A DNA stretch of 32,028 bases from positions 1 through 32,028 of IMG/VR virus record IMGVR_UViG_3300012352_000153; one strand, written 5' to 3'. Shown here one piece after another: positions 25,451 to 31,723 of this stretch (positions within the stretch are counted from its first letter, which is position 1; the number at the start of each line of letters is the position of its first letter). A program made the translations under genes and the position numbers. The stretch comes from a virus. The notes beneath the pieces were generated by a model. That model was given only the letters and a program-made list of their open reading frames with translations. It made no database searches and was not told the origin of the DNA.

Positions 25451-27580
25451 TTATTTTTTATATTTCCAAATAAATCCATACGCAGTTTTATATCTGGGAT
25501 AATTATTACACGCATACCATATAGTATTTTTATTTATTTTTTTATCTAATTCTAAACTTAATTCTTTTTCTATATAAGCAAAATTATCCCAATCTCTAAT
25601 CCATTTTCCATCTTTATTAAATTGAGAAATGCTTCTCCATCTATCTGGATTACCACCTTTCATTTTATCAGTTGGTCTTACAAAATGAGAACAAACTTCA
25701 TCTAATATACCAAGTTTACGAGCAGCATTATATGCGTTAATATGTTCACGTTGAAATTCACTTTTGTTTTTGAATTTTTTAGCTATTTCAGCTATTAATT
25801 CATAATTCCAATTAGTATATCGTGATTTCATTTGAGAACAAACTTCATCTAATATACCAAATTTATGAGCAGCTGCATAAGCACTGCGTTCATTTTTGTA
25901 AAAATCTTGCTTTGTATTATATTTTAAAGCCTTATCTTTAATCATATTAATTGTCCAATTTGTTCGATTTAATTGCATGTGAGAACAAACTTCATCTAAT
26001 ATATTAAGTTTACGAGCAGCATGATATGCGGATTGATTGTTTTTAAAAAAATCATTTTTTGTAGTATATTTTAAAGATTCATTAGTAATTGTATTAATAT
26101 TCCATTTATGATACAAATTATTTTCAATATTAAAAAACTCTCTTCTAGCATCATCTAATGTATTCCAAGCAATAGTACTAAACTCATCGTTTGAAGTATG
26201 TAATACCGATTGACGAAACAAATTCAAATCTAATGGAATATCTAAACTAGCCAAAGAAACAGATGGTTTAACTGATTTTGATTTTGAAGTAGTTGATGTA
26301 GATTTAGTTTTAGGTTTAGTATTCATAACAACTCTAGGAATAAGGATACCACCCATATTCTTACCATTGTATTTAGAGTACCATTCCATATCAGTCAAAC
26401 ATAACATAGCTGTCATCAAATCAACAAAGTAAGGAGCTGTATTCTTAGTAGCTACTTTGTAGTATATCTTTTGCTTATCGGTTGTTGATAAACGTAATAG
26501 TCTACCATACATCTGTAATAACATATCCAATGATTGAGTTAAAGTAAAGTCAACTACATTAAATAACTCTGGCATATTGTATCCCAAACGACCTCTATCA
26601 ACTGCTACCAATACTTTGATATCTGAATTATTTTTGAATTCATTGAACAATTCAGAGTCTTTATCATTCTCACTATGTGAAACAAATACTTTACCATTCA
26701 ATCCTTTGAAACTATTTAGTGATTGATAAAAGGCATCTGCTTGCTTTTTAGAGTGGCAGAATATAATTGTCTTATCTAACTCACCAAATATACTAAATAA
26801 GTTTTTAGATAATCGATTTACGTTATGTAACCCTTTGATTGGATTTTTTAACTTCTTAATCATTTCTTTACAAACTCCCATTAATGCTTTTTCTGATTGA
26901 TTATCACTCATACTTACATTTGATTTTAGATTTCCGTAAGATGATACATAGTCAGATTGTTTAAAATCATACGATGATGAAACCACTTCTAATTTAACAT
27001 TAGTAACTTGCTTCAAGTCATATAACTCCATAACAGGTACAAACTTAAATTCAAATTGGTCACCTTTAGCTATAAAGCGAGATGGTGTACCCGTTAGTAA
27101 TATCTGACGAGATGGTTTACTTTGTTTGATAATCTTTTGAATAGTATCTTTAAAATACCATTGATGAGCTTCATCTAAAATAAAGTTATGTATTTTTGGA
27201 AGGAACTGATAGTTACCATTGATAGTTTGAGGTAAAGCAATAATCACATTACACTTATCATTAATTGCTCTAATTAAAGAATGTTTATCAGTAGCAACAC
27301 AATAAGTAAATGATGGTTTAAACCAATCAATTTCATTAGCAACGTTATCACGTAGTACTGTTTTGGATGCTGGGATAAATAAGGTTCTTTTGTTTTTGTT
27401 CTTAGGATTAGAATAGAATAACTCTAAATCCATAATACTCATAAAGGTTTTACCTGATGATGTACCAGCTGCAAGTACTAATGGTTTAGTACAATTTCTA
27501 TATTTCGGATTGGTTAAGAAGTCCTTTTGATAAGGTAATTCAGTTAAACCACGCGATTGGATAATGTTTTCGTAAGTCAT
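25451..27580 (-). CDS. SF2 (DEAH-box, ResIII-like) helicase fused to homing-endonuclease-type DNA-binding repeats
   Basis: Motif I AGTSSGKT, motif II ILDEAH, motif III LLTGTP, motif VI QMYGRLLR. The C-terminus has 3 x 49-aa repeats and ends in TAYGFIWKYKK. Confidence 0.85.
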   Translation of the reverse strand: MTYENIIQSRGLTELPYQKDFLTNPKYRNCTKPLVLAAGTSSGKTFMSIMDLELFYSNPKNKNKRTLFIPASKTVLRDNVANEIDWFKPSFTYCVATDKHSLIRAINDKCNVIIALPQTINGNYQFLPKIHNFILDEAHQWYFKDTIQKIIKQSKPSRQILLTGTPSRFIAKGDQFEFKFVPVMELYDLKQVTNVKLEVVSSSYDFKQSDYVSSYGNLKSNVSMSDNQSEKALMGVCKEMIKKLKNPIKGLHNVNRLSKNLFSIFGELDKTIIFCHSKKQADAFYQSLNSFKGLNGKVFVSHSENDKDSELFNEFKNNSDIKVLVAVDRGRLGYNMPELFNVVDFTLTQSLDMLLQMYGRLLRLSTTDKQKIYYKVATKNTAPYFVDLMTAMLCLTDMEWYSKYNGKNMGGILIPRVVMNTKPKTKSTSTTSKSKSVKPSVSLASLDIPLDLNLFRQSVLHTSNDEFSTIAWNTLDDARREFFNIENNLYHKWNINTITNESLKYTTKNDFFKNNQSAYHAARKLNILDEVCSHMQLNRTNWTINMIKDKALKYNTKQDFYKNERSAYAAAHKFGILDEVCSQMKSRYTNWNYELIAEIAKKFKNKSEFQREHINAYNAARKLGILDEVCSHFVRPTDKMKGGNPDRWRSISQFNKDGKWIRDWDNFAYIEKELSLELDKKINKNTIWYACNNYPRYKTAYGFIWKYKK
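25682..26122 (-). repeat. three tandem 147-bp (49-aa) intragenic repeats
   Basis: The core tgagaacaaacttcatctaatata recurs exactly at 25686, 25833 and 25980 (147-bp spacing). Confidence 0.9.
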
Positions 27581-27619
27581 AGTTCAAAGTTTAAAGTTGA
27601 TTAATTTTTTATTACATAG

Positions 27620-27651
27620 TAAATATACGAATAATAATCCGAACAGCCAAA
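27620..27651 (-). promoter_or_regulatory. early promoter for the helicase gene (TTTGGC-N18-TATATTTA on the minus strand)
   Basis: Reverse complement reads TTTG (27651-27648), N20, TATATTTA (27627-27620), about 40 nt upstream of the ATG at 27580. Confidence 0.6.
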
Positions 27652-27746
27652 TAAATATCCAATTATTTTTGAATTATTTTTGCTTAAACCGGCGGTTTTG
27701 TAAGTCAACCTGATATATATTGGTATAGAAAGTTATATAAATATAA

Positions 27747-27778
27747 TTTGGAATATTCAATTATTATCCGTATATTTG
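27747..27778 (+). promoter_or_regulatory. early promoter P1 (TTTGGA-N18-TATATTTG)
   Basis: TTTG at 27747-27750, N20, TATATTTG at 27771-27778; matches the Bacteroidetes -33/-7 consensus. Confidence 0.65.
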
Positions 27779-27785
27779 TAAAACA

Positions 27786-27897
27786 ATTTAGAAACTACAT
27801 AAGATGTGAGATATCTTATTAATGATACCGAACTTAATGTTCAAACTCCCAATGATGGACTGGTAATCTCACTACCAGTTCAGAGTTGGGTTTTTTA
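27786..27897 (+). ncRNA. structured leader or sRNA of about 110 nt from P1, ending at an intrinsic terminator
   Basis: Hairpin ATAAGAT/ATCTTAT (27799-27819) and a composite terminator hairpin. No long ORF. Confidence 0.45.
27846..27896 (+). terminator. intrinsic terminator 12 nt upstream of the DUF4373 start codon
   Basis: Inner stem 27856-27865/27873-27882 (ACTGGTA/TACCAGT core). Outer stem CCCAA/TTGGG. T6 run at 27891-27896. Confidence 0.65.
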
Positions 27898-27908
27898 TTT
27901 TAAAAATT

Positions 27909-28487
27909 ATGGAAGCAACAAATTATTTCCAACACGACTATCGTAGTAGAATGGATAAGAAGTTATTAAAGATTAGAATGAAACATCAGATGGCTGGTGT
28001 TGGTGTATATTGGTCTTTAGTTGAAATGTTACACGAAGGTAATGGATTCATTGAAATGGATACTGAAACAATCGCATTTGACTTACAAACCGATGAGCAG
28101 ATTGTAAAAGATGTTATTGATATCTGTTTTGAGTATATGAATGAAACTATTACTTGTAAGAGAGTTATTGAGAACTTAGAGTTCAGACAACAAAAGTGGG
28201 AAGCTAAAAGTCAGAAAGGTAAAGAAGCTGCTGATAAAAGATGGGCTGAATATCGAAATAAGAAGCAAGAAGTATCCCCAACCTATACCGAACCTATGGG
28301 TGACCTATACCAAACCTATACCAAACCCAATGGGTCACTTATACCAAATTATGCAATAGAGAAAGAGAAAGAGAAAGGGATAGAAATAGACAAAGATAAA
28401 GCTAAAGAAATAGATATAGCAGTTATTAGTAATGATAGCAATGCTATTGCTGCTGATTTACTTTTAGATAAGTTAATTAAAATTTAA
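27909..28487 (+). CDS. DUF4373 (Lin1244/Lin1753-like) replication-initiation-associated protein
   Basis: The N-terminus YFQHDYRSRMDKKLLKIRMKHQMAGVGVYWSLVEMLHE fits the DUF4373 pattern. A linker and a K/E-rich tail follow. Confidence 0.6.
   Translation: MEATNYFQHDYRSRMDKKLLKIRMKHQMAGVGVYWSLVEMLHEGNGFIEMDTETIAFDLQTDEQIVKDVIDICFEYMNETITCKRVIENLEFRQQKWEAKSQKGKEAADKRWAEYRNKKQEVSPTYTEPMGDLYQTYTKPNGSLIPNYAIEKEKEKGIEIDKDKAKEIDIAVISNDSNAIAADLLLDKLIKI
28280..28347. repeat. six 11-12-bp phased iteron-like repeats (ACCTATACCAA consensus)
   Basis: Units start at 28280/81, 28291/92, 28303, 28314, 28325 and 28337. The same 11-mer is read in different codon phases. Confidence 0.8.
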
Positions 28488-28494
28488 TAAAAGA

Positions 28495-28526
28495 TTTGGA
28501 AGTTTAAAATAATTTCCTTATATTTG
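28495..28526 (+). promoter_or_regulatory. early promoter P2 (TTTGGA-N18-TATATTTG)
   Basis: TTTG at 28495-28498, N20, TATATTTG at 28519-28526. Confidence 0.65.
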
Positions 28527-28533
28527 TAAATAC

Positions 28534-28672
28534 AATTCAGGGATGGATTGTTATTACTCTACTGATAGCATAATTCTAATGCTGAATGAGTTAGTTATTC
28601 ATTTATATTCAGCGCTATCAAATCTTTGATTTAAAACCAAGAGAGTTCGTGTCAGTCTCTCTTGGTTTTTTT
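28534..28672 (+). ncRNA. short stand-alone transcript of about 140 nt (an sRNA, or an mRNA for a 28-aa peptide at 28543..28629)
   Basis: Bounded by P2 and a 13-bp-stem terminator. Internal hairpins AGCAT/ATGCT and CTGAAT/ATTCAG. Confidence 0.45.
28633..28672 (+). terminator. strong intrinsic terminator
   Basis: AAAACCAAGAGAG-11 nt loop-CTCTCTTGGTTTT followed by further T residues. Confidence 0.85.
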
Positions 28673-28683
28673 GTGTCTTAAAA

Positions 28684-28715
28684 TTTGGAAATGTGTAAAA
28701 TAATTTGTATCTTTA
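28684..28715 (+). promoter_or_regulatory. early promoter P3 (TTTGGA-N18-TATCTTTA)
   Basis: TTTG at 28684-28687, N20, TATCTTTA at 28708-28715. Confidence 0.5.
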
Positions 28716-28794
28716 TAAAAATAATTAGAGATTTCTTTATGTTTGGGAAAATGAGATAATACTTATATACATAGAAACTTATAAAATTGACACA

Positions 28795-29304
28795 ATGAGT
28801 AAAATTTGCAGCAAGTGTGGTATTACTAAAGAACTAACCGAATACCACAAAAAGACTAAATCAAAAGATGGATTACAGAACTATTGTAAATCCTGCATCA
28901 AAGAAACTAATACTAACTTCAGAGAAACTAAACCAGAATATCAAAAGGATTGGTTTAAAGCTAATTCAGTAAAGTGGAAAAAATATATATCTGATTGGAG
29001 AAGAGCTGATAAGACACCCACCATTTATTCAATAACTAATCCAAAAGGTGAAGTTTATGTAGGTATGACCCTAATGCCCTTATCAGCAAGAATAAGGGAA
29101 CACAGACGACATTTTAAATCAAAATACCAAAAGGAACTTCCACTACTTCACAAATCATTTTCTGACTATGGAATTGAAAATCATAAAGTAGATACTATAA
29201 TTCAGTTAGAAGGAATGGATAGGAAGCAAGTAGGAATGGTAGAGATAGCATTTATAAAATCATTTCAATTAGAAGGTAAATCACTTAACAAACGCAATTA
29301 TTAA
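28795..29304 (+). CDS. GIY-YIG homing-endonuclease-like protein with an N-terminal CxxC..CxxC zinc finger
   Basis: CSKCG...CKSC followed by IYSITNPKGEVYVGMT...RIREHRR (GIY-YIG with the conserved Arg and His). Confidence 0.7.
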   Translation: MSKICSKCGITKELTEYHKKTKSKDGLQNYCKSCIKETNTNFRETKPEYQKDWFKANSVKWKKYISDWRRADKTPTIYSITNPKGEVYVGMTLMPLSARIREHRRHFKSKYQKELPLLHKSFSDYGIENHKVDTIIQLEGMDRKQVGMVEIAFIKSFQLEGKSLNKRNY

Positions 29305-29305
29305 T

Positions 29306-29605
29306 ATGGAACAACAGAAACCAAAAATCACAATCTTATCACCAGAAGAGTCTTTAGCATATTGGAATATGGTTAGAGAAGAAAATAAAGCTCTTACACC
29401 GGTCGAAATCATTCAATGGTGTAAATCCTTACCAAGAGGAAGTAACACTACTTATATCATCGGAGAAGAGAATTGGCAGAAGTTTTACGAATGGGTAGCA
29501 ACACAAGAAGGAGTTGACCAATGGCAAATAGATTTAGATTTATTAACTTATGTAGAAAATTGGTGGAAGAAAAACGGTCCATACGAAGGTTATGACAGAG
29601 TATAA
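29306..29605 (+). CDS. hypothetical protein (99 aa)
   Basis: ORF abutting the upstream stop. Confidence 0.5.
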   Translation: MEQQKPKITILSPEESLAYWNMVREENKALTPVEIIQWCKSLPRGSNTTYIIGEENWQKFYEWVATQEGVDQWQIDLDLLTYVENWWKKNGPYEGYDRV

Positions 29606-29618
29606 AAAGAAATACGCA

Positions 29619-29741
29619 ATGGTACAATTACCGAAAGAAACACATGAGTTACTCAAAAAGTATTGTGAACAGCATGGTTTCACTCAAAGTGGATTAGTAT
29701 CAGCGATTATTAAGCAGTACATTTTAAAACCTAAAGGATAA
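29619..29741 (+). CDS. ribbon-helix-helix (Arc/CopG-like) small DNA-binding protein (40 aa, below the ORF-track cutoff)
   Basis: MVQLPKETHELLKKYCEQHGFTQSGLVSAIIKQYILKPKG has a strand-helix-helix layout. Its stop overlaps the next ATG (ATAATG). Confidence 0.5.
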   Translation: MVQLPKETHELLKKYCEQHGFTQSGLVSAIIKQYILKPKG

Positions 29742-29920
29742 TGTGTTGGTTTAAATTAGGAAATTGGGTTGAAGCTTGGATAAATATCTTCACTCTTGGA
29801 TTTGGAAAAGATATAGCTGGAATAGTAGCTAACAAATTAGGATACGCATCGTGTGGATGTGAAGAACGCAGAATTTGGTTAAACGAATTATGTGGATGTA
29901 AGGAAGGAATTAAATTTTAA
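29741..29920 (+). CDS. hypothetical 59-aa protein with CGC...CGC motifs (below the ORF-track cutoff)
   Basis: MCWFKLGNWVEAWINIFTLGFGKDIAGIVANKLGYASCGCEERRIWLNELCGCKEGIKF; start coupled to the RHH stop. Confidence 0.4.
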   Translation: MCWFKLGNWVEAWINIFTLGFGKDIAGIVANKLGYASCGCEERRIWLNELCGCKEGIKF

Positions 29921-29924
29921 ATAT

Positions 29925-30119
29925 ATGAATACAAACAACGGAATAGGAATTGGAACATTATTGTTCTTAATCTTTTTAGTATTAAAGTTAACGAACTTTA
30001 TACAATGGAGTTGGTGGTGGATAACCGCACCTCTATGGGCGCCAATAGCATTGGTAGGATTTTTAACAACCATAGGGTTGTTTATGATTAGACATGAAAA
30101 CAAACAAAACAATAAATAA
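29925..30119 (+). CDS. small two-TM membrane protein with a Trp-rich motif (64 aa)
   Basis: TM1 GIGIGTLLFLIFLVLKL, the motif WSWWWITAPLW, TM2, and a charged tail RHENKQNNK. The internal ATG at 29925 is preferred over the track start at 29892. Confidence 0.5.
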   Translation: MNTNNGIGIGTLLFLIFLVLKLTNFIQWSWWWITAPLWAPIALVGFLTTIGLFMIRHENKQNNK

Positions 30120-30120
30120 A

Positions 30121-30420
30121 ATGGAAAATACACAAGGAGAAAAATCAATCTTCACATTAGATGGAGCAAAAAGAGAATTAGACCCAAACGCATCATACTT
30201 AATCGATTTCTCAAAATTGACATCGGTAAATGATTTAGTATTAATACTATCAGCAATGGGAATTACTTTCCACGGACAGCATCCGCATATTGAATTAATC
30301 AAACCATTCTTAAACTTAGAACATCCTATTGACTTAAATGGAAATATGCAAAGAGTACAAGAAGCTCCTAAAGCAAAGGAAATGGTATTACCTAAACTTA
30401 AAGCCATAAAGAAAGATTAA
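30121..30420 (+). CDS. hypothetical protein (99 aa; the track start at 30094 is also possible)
   Basis: The ATG at 30121 follows the upstream stop without overlap. Confidence 0.5.
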   Translation: MENTQGEKSIFTLDGAKRELDPNASYLIDFSKLTSVNDLVLILSAMGITFHGQHPHIELIKPFLNLEHPIDLNGNMQRVQEAPKAKEMVLPKLKAIKKD

Positions 30421-30421
30421 T

Positions 30422-30664
30422 ATGTCACCAAAAGAAACATTAATAGCACCTCTAACGGTTGAAGAGTTTCAACAAGTAAAAGATGTAGTAGCAAGAGTAG
30501 TGGATAGATTGCCGGAACACGATGCTCCATTCATTTGGACTATGTTTAATAAGTTGAGAGATGAAAGAGAACCTCAACCTTGTACTTGCGCATCTTCGGG
30601 AGCACATTGGGGAAGAGCAATAGGCTATTTGAGAGAATGGTTAAGTACAAGAAAAGAATTATAG
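30422..30664 (+). CDS. hypothetical protein (80 aa)
   Basis: ORF immediately upstream of the sigma-like gene. Confidence 0.5.
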   Translation: MSPKETLIAPLTVEEFQQVKDVVARVVDRLPEHDAPFIWTMFNKLRDEREPQPCTCASSGAHWGRAIGYLREWLSTRKEL

Positions 30665-30665
30665 G

Positions 30666-31220
30666 ATGAACGAAGTAACTGGCAGTATTCAATTGGAGTG
30701 TGAGAGAAGATTGAGCAACTTATATATCGAATCTCACACTTGGCTAGTTCAATCTGCACAAAGGGTTACAAAGAACAAAGAACATGCGGAGGACTTAGTA
30801 GCTGAACTTTACGAATACCTACATAAGAAATGTAATGTTAAACTCTTTTGGGGAGATAACTCATATAACTTAAAGTATTGTGCAAAGTTCTTACACCACC
30901 GATTCCTAAACAAAACAACAAAGTTAAACCGAACTACTTATGTTGAAGAAGTATGGGATACTGAAATCGACTTGGAATATGATACCGAAAGGGATATCGC
31001 ATTGGAAAAGGCTTATAATGATGTACAAGATGAACTAAATCATTTACAGCAAACAAAGTTATGGGCTAGTGGTAGAATATTCGAAATGTATTGGAATTCA
31101 GATAAGACATTAGACGAAGTAGCAAAAGATATAGGTATAAGCAAGAGTACAACCTTCCTTGCAGTAAAGAAAATAAGAAAGCATTTAAAATCAGTTATAG
31201 ATAATCCATTTAATGAGTAA
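30666..31220 (+). CDS. phage-encoded sigma-70-family (ECF-like) factor
   Basis: Region-2-like AEDLVAELYEYLHKK. C-terminal region-4 HTH TLDEVAKDIGISKSTTFLAVKKIRKHLK. Confidence 0.55.
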   Translation: MNEVTGSIQLECERRLSNLYIESHTWLVQSAQRVTKNKEHAEDLVAELYEYLHKKCNVKLFWGDNSYNLKYCAKFLHHRFLNKTTKLNRTTYVEEVWDTEIDLEYDTERDIALEKAYNDVQDELNHLQQTKLWASGRIFEMYWNSDKTLDEVAKDIGISKSTTFLAVKKIRKHLKSVIDNPFNE

Positions 31221-31722
31221 ACAATTCGCAGATAGAGTATGTAAACAATGTGGTAATACATTCCAACCAAATAAACCAATCAATACTTGCAACCCATGTC
31301 TTAACTTTAATGCAAGACAGAAAAGGGTAATAGACTTAGGTGGAGATGCAATCGTAGATGAGAATGGTTATCTAAAGAGATGGGGTAGACCAAGGGATGT
31401 TGTTGAGAATCCGTACGAAGAGAGAGTAAAGGATTGGAGAAAGAAAGCCCGATTCATTGAAAAGAACTTTAAGACAAGACCGGAATGGCAGAAATACTTT
31501 AGAGAAGAGCTTGAAAGGATTGCAAGTGATAAAATACTTTGGGCAAGTTTGACAAGAGATACATTGGGGTTAAGTACGAATTCTGAAAAAGAAAATGCTG
31601 AACCAAAGAAGATGGGTAGGCCACCACATTCACATAGTAATGGATATAAGTACGGAGATACACGGGATATGGATTGGAATGATTTTGATAGTTGGGGTTA
31701 TGGTTTAGAAGAAGATATGTAA
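31213..31722 (+). CDS. zinc-ribbon protein (169 aa)
   Basis: CKQCGNTFQPNKPINTCNPC near the N-terminus; acidic/aromatic C-terminal tail. Confidence 0.5.
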   Translation: MSKQFADRVCKQCGNTFQPNKPINTCNPCLNFNARQKRVIDLGGDAIVDENGYLKRWGRPRDVVENPYEERVKDWRKKARFIEKNFKTRPEWQKYFREELERIASDKILWASLTRDTLGLSTNSEKENAEPKKMGRPPHSHSNGYKYGDTRDMDWNDFDSWGYGLEEDM

Positions 31723-31723
31723 T

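Noticed and set aside
25682-26122. CRISPR-like array (regularly spaced exact 24-nt cores)
   Set aside because: The 147-bp period is in frame within a long ORF and encodes a conserved 49-aa protein repeat. The sequences between the cores are also homologous, so it is not a repeat-spacer array.
27822-27850. tRNA-like T-arm (gttcaaactcc) in the P1 leader
   Set aside because: No complementary 5' T-stem arm, acceptor stem or anticodon arm can be drawn, so it is not a tRNA.
29888-31279. Minus-strand ORFs 29888..30148, 30063..30407 and 31040..31279
   Set aside because: They are antisense to a tightly packed rightward early operon. There are no minus-strand promoter motifs nearby.
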